From positions 1 through 62,839 of IMG/VR virus record IMGVR_UViG_3300044844_000500: a stretch of DNA of 62,839 bases; one strand, 5' to 3'. Positions 7,944-17,900 of this stretch are shown piece after piece. The stretch's first letter is position 1, and each line of letters opens with the position of its first letter. The notes below the pieces were generated by a model. It ran no database searches and was not told the DNA's origin. It saw nothing but the letters and a program-made list of their open reading frames with translations. The position numbers were made by a program, and so were the translations under genes. Origin of the DNA: a virus. Lineage: Duplodnaviria; Caudoviricetes.

Positions 7944-9439
7944 AGCCGAAATCCTTTTCGCTCATCCTTCGGGAGCACGATGTGCAGGGTCTGTTTGGCG
8001 CGGGTGATGCCCACATACAGCAGCCGGTTCACGTCGTCCGCGTTGCGATCGTATTCTTTTGCGAATTTGGTGGTCAGATCCGCCATCAGGAGCACGTTGT
8101 CCGCCTCGCCGCCCTTGGCTGCGTGAATCGTGGACAGCTTAATGGGCACTTTACCCGTGAGCCGTGTTCCGCGACGCAGAACAGCGATCAAGTAGCGTCG
8201 CTGGTTCTCGGCGATCTTGGTAAGCGCCTCATGCCAGATTTCTGTAGAAAGAAGTCCGTGCTTTTCTTTCAGGAGATCGAGTGTGTACAGGGCCGCCGGG
8301 TCGGCGGTGCGCAGGCCTTTGTAGCCGTGTTTCACGAGCTTGGTGTCAATGTACTTGTAGATCGTCTGGACGACTTGGAACGGCACTTCCTGACCCTTTC
8401 TCAGGCGCTCCCAGCCGATGACGGCCGTGAGCACGGACTCAGGGATGGACCGTTGCCCAAAGCGCTCAAAGAGTAAGCCCTGGCTCTTGAGCCAGTCGTA
8501 CATGTCGGCGAGCATGTAGTTGGCGGCCGCAAGGATCAACCAATCGCCTTGAGCGACGTTGACGTCGTGCCAGTCCTGGTAGTACTGGATGCTGCCGACT
8601 TCTTCGCGGGCACGCCACTCTTTGGGCTGGCGCTTTTTGATCCGGTGGACGACGGCGTTGGCAAGCTTGTGGATCTTGGCCGGCACGCGGTACGACTGCT
8701 CGAGCACTTTGATCTGGCCTGCAAAGTTCAGAAAGCTATCGACGTCGGCCCCGGCCCAGGTGTAGATGGCTTGGTCGTCGTCGCCTGCCAGAAAGCAGCG
8801 CTGGGAGCGCAACGCGAGTTGCTCTACCAGCCTCCATTGCAAAGGTGAAAGGTCCTGTGCTTCGTCGATGATGAGCGCCTCGAGCCGTGGCAAGCGCTCC
8901 GGCTGCTGGACGATCAGCTCCAAGAGGTCAGTGAAGTCCAGAAGGTTGCGGGCGTTTTTGTAATGACGGTACGCACGCTCAATGAACTCAAAGTAGTGCC
9001 ACTCGATTTCAATCTCTGAGCGGTTGTAGTGCTCGCGCAGGTCCAGGCCCTTGATCCGTGCGATGTTGATCTCGTTCAGAATCGGGTGGTCCGTCTTGAC
9101 AATGAAATCCTCTTCGCCCGTATCAGTTGCGAGCGTGATGCCTGCCTCGCGTGCGAACTCCTGGTAGTGCTCGACATCCATCATGTCTTTTGTGCCGAGG
9201 CCCAGGCAGCGGTAGGCGAGGCTGTGGAGCGTGCGAAACCAGGGAAAGTCAGTGTCAGGTTTTAGGTGCGGGAACTTTGCAACGCCCCGTTCCTTGGCTT
9301 CGTTTGCAGCCTTGCGCGTAAACGCAAAGTAGCCAATGCTGGCAGGGGCGACGCCGGACTCGAGCTCGTGCTCAACGATGCTTAGGAGGAAGGTTGTCTT
9401 GCCACTACCTGGGGGACCGAAGACTTTGGTGATGTTCAA
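7940..9439 (-). CDS. UvrD/Rep-like SF1 helicase
   Basis: GPPGSGKT, IDEAQD, GDDDQAIY, QSYR, STIHAAKGGE, YVGITRAK. Confidence 0.95.
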   Translation of the reverse strand: MNITKVFGPPGSGKTTFLLSIVEHELESGVAPASIGYFAFTRKAANEAKERGVAKFPHLKPDTDFPWFRTLHSLAYRCLGLGTKDMMDVEHYQEFAREAGITLATDTGEEDFIVKTDHPILNEINIARIKGLDLREHYNRSEIEIEWHYFEFIERAYRHYKNARNLLDFTDLLELIVQQPERLPRLEALIIDEAQDLSPLQWRLVEQLALRSQRCFLAGDDDQAIYTWAGADVDSFLNFAGQIKVLEQSYRVPAKIHKLANAVVHRIKKRQPKEWRAREEVGSIQYYQDWHDVNVAQGDWLILAAANYMLADMYDWLKSQGLLFERFGQRSIPESVLTAVIGWERLRKGQEVPFQVVQTIYKYIDTKLVKHGYKGLRTADPAALYTLDLLKEKHGLLSTEIWHEALTKIAENQRRYLIAVLRRGTRLTGKVPIKLSTIHAAKGGEADNVLLMADLTTKFAKEYDRNADDVNRLLYVGITRAKQTLHIVLPKDERKGFRL

Positions 9440-10965
9440 AACGGGCTCCCTTTCTTCTGTTCAGGGGACTCGAAAGGCGAGTCTTGCTTGGCAAACGCAG
9501 GCATGTGCCAGCAGCGCACGGTCCTGTTTTTGATGAAGAGGCTGATCGGCTCACCGCCCAGTTCACGCATGCGCTGCGCGATCTTCGCAGTGGACAGGCC
9601 CTTGAAGTTGCTGCGAAGCAGATGAGCCTCGAGGTCCTTCATGCGGAAGTAGACGCGGGCCTCGTCCTCATTCACCCAAGGACGGCCCATGAGCAACTCG
9701 TCACGGTCCATGGCCTGTTGTCGGTGGGCCGCGAACTCTTCCAAGAGATCATTGAAGCGGCCGGTCAGGCTCGTGTCTTCAGGCGCTTCGACGATCTGCT
9801 CGCTCTCAACCATCTCGCGCAAGAGCGCGTTGAGCGTCTGCTCCCAGTCTTGCTTACGCAGCGTCGGAGGCAGCACGTTGATTTTCTCCAAGCACGCCTT
9901 CTGGAAAGCGGCTTGGTTAAAAAGTGCCTCGGTGTCAAGCTCGATGCGTCGGCCGTTGATGTCGAGGAACCAAAGTGGTGGCTCGCTGTTGTACTTGGAG
10001 AGCGACGACATCTGCGGGCTGTCCGGCCCGTCTGCGCCCACGCCGTACTTGCGCGTGCGGCACAGGCCGCTATTGCAGAACTGGTTGAGCGGGGCGTCCT
10101 TGCACTTGTACTTGTAGTCTTTCTTGTGAAGCTGCTTGATGATGATCTGGAGCTCGTTGTTCGGGAGCGGCGGACCTACGTACTTGAGGTTGTGCTCGAC
10201 GAGCTTGTCATCCCAGTGCACAGGATCCAGGCGCTTCAAGTAGATCCCGATGTTGAAGAGTGAGTTGTTCCGTGTTCCTTCAGGCACGCCCTGTGTGCAA
10301 AGCGTCTGGAGGCAGGGCGGGCCGTCTTTGATTGGATGGTCAGGCTTTTTGGGTTCTTCGGGCGGATCGTGGTCCGGGGGCCGTGCCCACTGGGCGTGTA
10401 GCTCGTAGAACTCTTCGAGGGTCGCGGCGCTGCCATCGTCGCGGATGGCGTAGCGCATGGTCTGGTCGCCGCCGAAGTAGGGCAGGTTCAGAAAGTTGCC
10501 GGTGTCGCCGCGCTCGACCAGGATCTCGGCTTGCTTGGGGAAGATCTCGCGCCCTGCTTCGCCCAGCACGGCCGCACAGGCCTTGAGGTAGCGCTGCATG
10601 TTGGCAGCGGGCATGGGCTCGGTAGAGAAACGAAAGACGTGAGCGCCGCCTGACTTGCTGCGGCAGACCACCAGCGGCAGCTCAAGCTTGCGGATCTTTT
10701 GCACCAGCCCCGCGTGATCGAGCGGATACTGGTCGATGTCGATACAGCCCCAGATGCAGGTGTTGTCTGCGCGAATGGGGATAATGCCTAGCGAGGGCTC
10801 TACGCCCTCCAGATGCTTGGCCCAAAGATCGTCGGTCGGCGGCTTGCGAACGACAACAGCTTTGCCAGCTTGTTTGCCGCTTTCCTTCGACGTCTCGATC
10901 TTGTACGTCCCATAAGCGACGTCAAGACCGCTAAAGATCGCCTTGAAACGGGTGATGTCTGTCAT
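9436..10965 (-). CDS. Primase (AEP/prim-pol-like N-terminus, PriCT-like domain)
   Basis: CIDID, SKSGGAH, GNFLNLPY, PPCL, EGTRNNSLF. Confidence 0.85.
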   Translation of the reverse strand: MTDITRFKAIFSGLDVAYGTYKIETSKESGKQAGKAVVVRKPPTDDLWAKHLEGVEPSLGIIPIRADNTCIWGCIDIDQYPLDHAGLVQKIRKLELPLVVCRSKSGGAHVFRFSTEPMPAANMQRYLKACAAVLGEAGREIFPKQAEILVERGDTGNFLNLPYFGGDQTMRYAIRDDGSAATLEEFYELHAQWARPPDHDPPEEPKKPDHPIKDGPPCLQTLCTQGVPEGTRNNSLFNIGIYLKRLDPVHWDDKLVEHNLKYVGPPLPNNELQIIIKQLHKKDYKYKCKDAPLNQFCNSGLCRTRKYGVGADGPDSPQMSSLSKYNSEPPLWFLDINGRRIELDTEALFNQAAFQKACLEKINVLPPTLRKQDWEQTLNALLREMVESEQIVEAPEDTSLTGRFNDLLEEFAAHRQQAMDRDELLMGRPWVNEDEARVYFRMKDLEAHLLRSNFKGLSTAKIAQRMRELGGEPISLFIKNRTVRCWHMPAFAKQDSPFESPEQKKGSPF

Positions 10966-10984
10966 TTCTTCTTTCTCGAAGGCA

Positions 10985-11011
10985 GGGCCTACCGGCTAAT
11001 GCTTTCGGCCC
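10985..11011 (-). promoter_or_regulatory. Hairpin with loop-E-like internal loop upstream of primase
   Basis: GGGCC-GAAA-GC-AUUA-GC-CGGUA-GGCCC just 5' of the SD. Confidence 0.4.
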
Positions 11012-11018
11012 CGGTCAA

Positions 11019-11786
11019 TCAGAATGGTGCGTCAGTGGGTGTTCCCTCTGCACCCTCGTGCTTGACCTTCACGTCGCCGGCTGACACCGACTGCGCGAAT
11101 GCCTTGCAGGTCTGGTAAAGGCCTGCGTCTTCGACCGGACCAAAGCGCTCAACTTCCCAGCCGTACCACTTGCCCTTGTCGTTGCTCTCGGCAACGGTCG
11201 TGAGCTGGTAGATCTGGCTGTACATCGGGGGAGTGAAGAGACCGTTCTTACCCTGCATCTTGACGCTCTGCATCATGCTGTTCCACTTGCGGCTCTTTTT
11301 GAGCTGCGTGGACTTCATGCTGATGAGCGCGGGGCTCGGCACGCCGTCTTCGTCGATGACCATCACGTAGTGATTGGCCGTGTTCTCGATGTAGTTTCCG
11401 TTGTCGAGATAGTCCTTGTTGTCCCCCGGCTCGCGGTGCGTCTTGGACAGAATGTCGCTGGTGGCTGGGTGGATATGCACCGGGGCACCCGTGCCTTGGC
11501 CACGCGGAGCCCATTCGATGTACTGGCGAACGTAGGCGCACGGAATGACTTGGATGCCTTTCTTGCCGTCATAGATCTTGCCTGTAACGGTGTTGTAGAT
11601 CATCCCAGGCATTGCGCCATCGATCTCACCCACTTCCGGTGAGGTGTTGGTCAAGAGCCGCAGGAATGGAAGTGCGTAGTCTTCCTGCGTCATGCCGTCA
11701 AAGCCAGCGCCAGCATCCTGCTCAAGGTCGCCGAGGATGGCGAGTGCAGTGCTCGCCGTTTTTACTGCAACGTCAGTCTTAGCCAT
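11019..11786 (-). CDS. Putative single-stranded DNA-binding protein
   Basis: Position in replication operon; aromatic beta-rich core; acidic tail ending DAPF. Confidence 0.7.
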   Translation of the reverse strand: MAKTDVAVKTASTALAILGDLEQDAGAGFDGMTQEDYALPFLRLLTNTSPEVGEIDGAMPGMIYNTVTGKIYDGKKGIQVIPCAYVRQYIEWAPRGQGTGAPVHIHPATSDILSKTHREPGDNKDYLDNGNYIENTANHYVMVIDEDGVPSPALISMKSTQLKKSRKWNSMMQSVKMQGKNGLFTPPMYSQIYQLTTVAESNDKGKWYGWEVERFGPVEDAGLYQTCKAFAQSVSAGDVKVKHEGAEGTPTDAPF

Positions 11787-11815
11787 GATTCCTGATCCTT
11801 GGTTCGTGATAAATG

Positions 11816-12370
11816 TTAAACAGACTTGATAGTTGCTTTCTGGCCGATGAACACGCCAAAAAGCTCCGAATCGACGGGCTGCCCCTTCTCGATCCGTTCC
11901 TTAACCCAGGCCTTGAGGGTCTGGGGCTCTACCTTCTCCGACTGCTCAGGAATGAACCCTTGCGTACGAAGAAGCTCCAGCAAACGAGAGCACAACTCAT
12001 CCTCTCGCCGGCCGAATCGGACACTGACAGTGTTCTTGATGATGTCGTCAAAGCCATGGTCGCGCAGCCATTTGAACGCCTCGGCTTGGCGCGCTTTGGG
12101 AATGCTCGCGCCGTAGAACGGTTTGACGTCGATCATCGACCCATCCTCCATGACAAACTTCTTCATGCCCGCTTCGGCCATGGCCTCGGGGATGGACACC
12201 TCAGTGAGGTTGCGGTACTGCTCTTCCTTTTCCTTTAACGACGCGCCGAGGTCCTCGAGCTCTTTCTCAAGCATCTTGGCACGTTTGGCGAGACCGGCAA
12301 TGCCAGACACGCTTTCGTCCGACACCTTGAGGGCGTCGGCGTCGTTTTCGAACAGGTTAGTAAGAGTCAT
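11816..12370 (-). CDS. Conserved replication-module protein
   Basis: Coiled coil + AFxWLRxxGxxDIIK + VEPQTLKAWVKE; ATG 12370 with strong SD. Confidence 0.8.
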   Translation of the reverse strand: MTLTNLFENDADALKVSDESVSGIAGLAKRAKMLEKELEDLGASLKEKEEQYRNLTEVSIPEAMAEAGMKKFVMEDGSMIDVKPFYGASIPKARQAEAFKWLRDHGFDDIIKNTVSVRFGRREDELCSRLLELLRTQGFIPEQSEKVEPQTLKAWVKERIEKGQPVDSELFGVFIGQKATIKSV

Positions 12371-12692
12371 CAGATTCTCCTTTCTTGAACAGATCAACCT
12401 CGATGGGGATGTAGCGGTGCTCGCGCTTGTCCCATTTGAGGCACTTAAAACGGCCGTTGTTACGGGCCGCAGCTACTGCGCAGCAGATGCCAATCGCAGA
12501 GGGGTCGCCAATGAGGAGCAGGTAGTCCTCATCAGAGAATTTTTCCAGCTTGCGCTGAACGCGGCGCACGGTAGGTACGATGCTGAACGCGACCTGCGCA
12601 TTGGGCGGGAGGATTGTTTCAATTTTGCCGTAGTCCAAAGCCGGCGCAATGTTGTGCGTGGTTGTTTCGGATACGACGTAAACGGTAGGCAC
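12357..12692 (-). CDS. Hypothetical protein (DYLLLIGDP motif)
   Basis: GTG start with GAAAGGAGAA SD; first gene of operon. Confidence 0.8.
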   Translation of the reverse strand: MPTVYVVSETTTHNIAPALDYGKIETILPPNAQVAFSIVPTVRRVQRKLEKFSDEDYLLLIGDPSAIGICCAVAAARNNGRFKCLKWDKREHRYIPIEVDLFKKGESDDSY

Positions 12693-12722
12693 TGAATTTC
12701 TCCTTTCTCAAGTAGAGCGGCC

Positions 12723-12753
12723 AGTGTACACTACGTCGCACGGGTCTTGTCAA
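12723..12753 (-). promoter_or_regulatory. Putative sigma70 promoter in divergent intergenic region
   Basis: TTGACA-19 nt-TACACT; -10 lies in 10-bp palindrome AGTGTACACT; spacer suboptimal. Confidence 0.45.
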
Positions 12754-12778
12754 GCCCCGCCATAGAAAGGAGATCCTC

Positions 12779-14230
12779 ATGGACCATTTTCTCTCGACGT
12801 ACCCATTCAAGAACAAGCCTTACACGCACCAAGCCGCTTACCTTGAGCGCTTTTGGGATCAGCGAGTTGCGGCCCTCTTTGCTGAGATGGGCACTGGTAA
12901 GAGCTACATGCTCATCAACAACATTGCCATGCTCTACGACAAGGGCAAGATCAACGCCGCTTTGATCGTAGCGCCTAAAGGGGTGTACCGCAATTGGGTG
13001 AACATCGAGCTGCCCAAGCACATGCCCGACCACGTCGAGCACCGTGTGGCGCTGTGGGCCGCAACGCCACGTAAAGCCGAGCAGCAGGCGCTCGACAGGC
13101 TGTTTGAGGTGACTGAGGACTTGAAGATCTTGGTCATGAACATTGAGGCGTTCAGCACGAAGAAGGGCACCGCTTTCGCCACCCGCTTTTTGCTCTCGCA
13201 CGAGGCGTTGATGGCGATCGACGAGAGCACGACCATCAAGTCCCACACCTCTGCACGCAGTAAGAACACTGAGAAGGTTGGAATCGGCGCGCGCTACCGG
13301 CGCATCATGACAGGGTCTCCGGTCACCAAGTCCCCGATGGACCTCTATCAGCAGTGCGCGTTCTTGTCCGATGATTGCCTGAACATTCACAGCTTCTACG
13401 CTTTCCAGGCGCGGTATGCCGTCGTGGTTGAGCGCCAGCTTGCGAGCCACAGCTTTAGGCAAGTCGTGGGCTATCGGCACTTGGATGAACTCAAGATCAT
13501 GCTGGACACCTTTAGCTTTCGCGTAAAGAAGGAAGAGTGCCTGGATCTGCCGGAGAAGGTCTACATTCGTCGCGAGGTCGAGTTGACCGACGAGCAAGTC
13601 AAGGCATACAACCAGATGAAGGAACTTGCGCTCGCCAACATTGAGGGGGGCTTTGTCTCAACGGTCAATACACTCACCCAAATCATGCGCCTGCATCAGA
13701 TCGTCTGCGGCCACGTGAAGCTCGATGACGGTACGGTGGTGAACCTTCCCAACAAGCGCATCGACGAATTGCTTGCCACACTTGAAGAGGTGGACGGCAA
13801 GGTGATTATTTGGGCGACCTATCGTCACGACATCGAAGACATCAAGTTCCACCTGCAAACGGCCTATGGCATGACAAGCGTAGCGGCCTATTACGGCGAC
13901 ACGTCGAGCGACGAGCGCGAGCGCATCGTGAACGACTTCCAAGACCCCAACAGCGAGCTGCGCTTTTTCGTGGGCAATCCGTCCACCGGCGGCTATGGCC
14001 TCACGCTTACAGCGGCGAACACGGTCATCTACTACAGCAACAGCTTTGACCTTGAGAAGCGCTTGCAGTCCGAGGACCGCGCTCACCGTATCGGGCAAAC
14101 CAAGAACGTGACCTACGTCGACTTGATTGCACCCAACACGGTCGACGAGAAGATCGTCAAGGCGCTCCGTGACAAGATCGACATCGCAACCCAAGTGCTC
14201 GGCGAGGACCTCCAACAATGGCTCATCTGA
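12779..14230 (+). CDS. SNF2-family helicase
   Basis: EMGTGKS, IDEST, MTGSP, GGYGLTL, QSEDRAHRIGQ. Confidence 0.95.
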   Translation: MDHFLSTYPFKNKPYTHQAAYLERFWDQRVAALFAEMGTGKSYMLINNIAMLYDKGKINAALIVAPKGVYRNWVNIELPKHMPDHVEHRVALWAATPRKAEQQALDRLFEVTEDLKILVMNIEAFSTKKGTAFATRFLLSHEALMAIDESTTIKSHTSARSKNTEKVGIGARYRRIMTGSPVTKSPMDLYQQCAFLSDDCLNIHSFYAFQARYAVVVERQLASHSFRQVVGYRHLDELKIMLDTFSFRVKKEECLDLPEKVYIRREVELTDEQVKAYNQMKELALANIEGGFVSTVNTLTQIMRLHQIVCGHVKLDDGTVVNLPNKRIDELLATLEEVDGKVIIWATYRHDIEDIKFHLQTAYGMTSVAAYYGDTSSDERERIVNDFQDPNSELRFFVGNPSTGGYGLTLTAANTVIYYSNSFDLEKRLQSEDRAHRIGQTKNVTYVDLIAPNTVDEKIVKALRDKIDIATQVLGEDLQQWLI

Positions 14231-14922
14231 TCCGTCAGCGGCAAGACTTCAACTACCCTACGCTGTCCCGCGTCGATGCGGCGACCGGCCGCGTCTACAA
14301 GGTGCCGGAGTTTGAGAACGTACCGTCGGTCACGACGATCCTTGACCGGACCAAGGACAAGGCCAAGCTCAAAGAGTGGGCCGATCGCGTGGGCCATGAA
14401 GAGGCAGAACGGATCAAGCGCGAGGCAGCCTATGTGGGCACCACCATGCACGCGACCATCGAGTCATTCTTGGCCAGTGAGCCGTTGACCATGGGCCAGG
14501 ACTGGCTGGCCTTGCGCGGCCATCAGATGGCGTTCGCCCTCATCAATCGCCACTTCAGGAACATTGACGTTGTCCACGGCTTTGAAGTGGGCCTGCATTA
14601 CGAAGGTCGTTATGCAGGGACCACGGACATGGTGGCGCAGTACCGTGGCAAGCTTGCGATTGTGGACTTCAAGCAAGCGCTAAAGCCGAAGCGCCATGAA
14701 TGGATCACGGACTACTACCATCAGCTCGCGGCCTATGCGCTCGCGCACGACAAGATGTTTGGGACCAACATCGAGCTAGGCGTGATTCTGGTGGCCGTGC
14801 AGGACGGCTCCACGCAGGAGTTCACCACAGCCGGCCGAGAGTTTGAGGACTACAAGGCCGGCTGGATGGAGCGACTTAACCGGGCGGAGGCGGCTGCTGT
14901 TGCTGGGCAGCCATCGCGCTGA
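14218..14922 (+). CDS. PD-(D/E)xK exonuclease
   Basis: PSVTTIL, GTxMH, YAGTTD, IVDFK, QLAAYA. Confidence 0.9.
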   Translation: MAHLIRQRQDFNYPTLSRVDAATGRVYKVPEFENVPSVTTILDRTKDKAKLKEWADRVGHEEAERIKREAAYVGTTMHATIESFLASEPLTMGQDWLALRGHQMAFALINRHFRNIDVVHGFEVGLHYEGRYAGTTDMVAQYRGKLAIVDFKQALKPKRHEWITDYYHQLAAYALAHDKMFGTNIELGVILVAVQDGSTQEFTTAGREFEDYKAGWMERLNRAEAAAVAGQPSR

Positions 14923-17900
14923 TGGTGTCAAACGGGAATAGCTGCTCAAGCATGGCACGGCTCTGCGTACTAGGGCCTTGTGACTGCGGGCCTGAAGGCG
15001 GCTGCCCACCGCCTTGACCGCCTTGCGGCATGCCAGGAACGCCGCGTGTGCTGGGTGCAGGAGGCATCTGTTTGAACATCCGCGAGGACTGCGAAGGCTG
15101 GGAGAACGGTTCCGGTTCGGGCGGCGGGGGCTCGTCGAAAATCGAGCTAACCGCATTCAATCCTGAAGAGATCATGTAGGAGTTGAGTTTTCTTGCGATC
15201 TCAAACTTCTCTCGCGCAGTGCGTCCTTGCTTGAGAAGCTCCGCCATGAACGCAGGATCTTGGCTTGCCTTTTCGATGACGCGGCGAAGCTCCAGTGTTG
15301 GGAGCTGGTCGAAGATCTGCCGCATGTATTTCGAGCCCGCCGAAGCAGCGATTAGGGATCCTGGGCCTGATCCGGCAGCCGAGGTTCCAATCCGTGAGCC
15401 GATGATCCGAAGCGCAAGGTCTTCAATCGCACCAGCACCGGTGATGAAGTTATCCAATGGCACATTGTTCTCGATGCCGTTTTCAATCCGAATCATCGGA
15501 TTCATCAAACGCTGAATGTTCTTTTGTTCACTCAGTGTAATGATGCCGTTCTGGCGCATGATGTTCATGGCAGACGGCTGCTGGAACGAGGGCCCCTGCT
15601 CTCCAGGAGCGCGGCCGTACAGAATCTCCAGATATTTTTTCGGACTAAAGTTTCCTGCACCACCAGCAGCGTCGTAGGCATATTCATACACAGAGGCCTT
15701 GAGCCCGTTGATCGCCTCAGGGCCCCCGGCTCGGGCAAGCTTGGCGATCTGTGCGAAGTCGCGAACTGGATTCTTGCCTTTGAGGGCATCTGCTACTGCA
15801 ACAACAGGATTCTCTCCACCAGCCAGCACCTTGGCAAAGGCGGTTTGTTCCCGCAGGGTCTTATTGAGGGCGCTGTTCTCAAGGCGCACAAGGTCGAACG
15901 CGTTCTGAGCCTTAACGGCGTCCGTTAAGGTGTCGGTCAGTCCAAGGCTGTCCAGGAGTTGCTTGTTCTCCGTGACGAAGTTGGTGAGCGCAGCCGGATC
16001 GACGCGAGTTGCCATCTGCCCCGTTGCGGGATCCATCTGCTGCTTCATCGTCTTCGTTGCTGCGGTCAGCAACACTGACTGGAACGCGCCGTTGAGCGTG
16101 TCAAGCTGAGAGTCCGCCATCTCGGCCAAGGGCTTGAGACCGATCGTGATCTCATTGTCGGGACCCAGGCGTTGTAGCGCGTCCTCGTACTGACGTTTTG
16201 GGAACTCCAGCGCGCCACGCAGTTCCGTCATCCGCGCCGTCGTCTGGTCCATGTTCGACGGACTGAAAGCACGGCGCACGAGCATTTCGGGCGTCATGCG
16301 CTCTGCGCCGCGTCCGCTCATTGCCGTGATGTCGTTGGCATAGGTGCGTGTGAACGTATCGTTCAAGGCCTTAGAGAATGCCCGTGCTTCGTCCAACAAC
16401 GGCGCATTCAATGACCCGATGTCATCCAACAAGCCTGCTGCGACCGTGTCGTAGATGCCTGCGAGGTTATTGTCGCCCTGTGCCCGTGCAGTACGGGCAA
16501 GATTCATGAGCTCTGAGCGATTGCTCAGGAGATCTACTGCATTGACGGCCTTGAGCTTGGGCAAGAATTGCTGAGGCACGGACCCTGTCTCAAGGGCCTC
16601 CACCGTCCGAGCGCCATTCTTGTACGTGTTCCAGACATTGGCGTTAACTCCAAGACCCTGCATGACGTTACGCAACGAGGCGGGCAAGGACTCAAAGTTC
16701 TCCAGACTGATGTCTTTAGTGCGATTCAGGAAGTTCTGTGCCGCGTTCGAGGGGACCACATCAGCAGGGTTCGCGGCTCCAGTGCCCTTCTTCAGCGCTT
16801 CGATCTCAAGGAAACTTCTGATCGGATTTAGATCGTTATAAATCCTTTGAGCTCGGGTAGGAATCGTGCTTAGGTATTCGGACCTACGCGGGCCAAACGG
16901 CGGAATGGTCGTCCTTAGTTGCTGTTCTATGTCCTCAAGGGACTGCGATGCTTTTTCCCGCAAGAAAGGATTTGTTCGTATGTTTGCTTCGATACTATCG
17001 TATTGCTTTTGGGACATGCCGGCCGTCTTCATGGCCTCTTTGGCCGCAGCCGCCTGCGCATCCGGATCGACAGCAGAACCCTTGAGTACCTGAAGCAGTC
17101 CCGCGCGCCACAGTTCGCCCTCTACCATCCGGGCGTTTTGAAGCGCCAGCTCAACCTCTGTCTTGACCGTGTCGCCCAGTTCGCGTCGGCCCGCTACATC
17201 GACGCGTGGAATGCGGGCAATCTTTGTCGCTGCATCGGCTTCCGCCGCCGTCAGGCGGTTTTGAAGCATTTGATTGAATGCGGTCTCGCGCATCTCTGCC
17301 GCTAACCGCAGCGCTTCAGGATCACCAACCTCGCTCAGTCGCCGTGTGAGAATCCGAAGCGCGTTAAACGCAAGCTCTCCCTGCTTTAGAGTCTCAGGGG
17401 CATAGCGGTCCTTGCCGCCAAGGGCCAGCCGGGCTTCTAGCCCCGCCAGCGTCTTGTTGCCCGTCTTCTGCGCCGCCGTCATTGTGGGAATGCCCTCAAT
17501 ACCGGGGTCTTCCAACGCACGAATCAGCGCAGGGATGTCTTCTCTGTTTTGCTCAAGGATGTCGTACAGTGTGTTCGCAGCACGCGTGTACTGCCGCGTG
17601 CGCAGGGCTTCGGTTGCTGAATCCCGCAGTTCCCCGAACCGTTCTCCAGGGCCCGCGACCCACGGCAGAGGATTCGCGGCATCGGCAACCGCCCGCAGTC
17701 CTCGCCCAGTCTTGTCAATGACGTTCTGCACAATGGACGATGGGGCCGAGAACAACACGCCCCCAATAACCGACCCACCCAAACGAGGCAATGCCTCCCC
17801 AGGAGCCATCCCTTCAGCCAAACCAGCCCCTACGCCGGATCCAAGCGAAGTCAATGACTCAGCGGTCAGATAAGCTCCCGGTGACTTACGCGCCGACTCG

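Noticed and set aside
8105-8130. AAKGGEA in the UvrD helicase as a GG tag
   Set aside because: It is the conserved SF1 helicase motif (TIHxxKGxE), and it lacks the leading F/M/Y.
12731-13597. Long antisense and alternate-frame ORFs here and across the genome (e.g. 46529..47533, 22035..22811, 9484..10263)
   Set aside because: Shadow ORFs of GC-rich genes with clear motifs on the other strand or frame; no recognisable motifs of their own.
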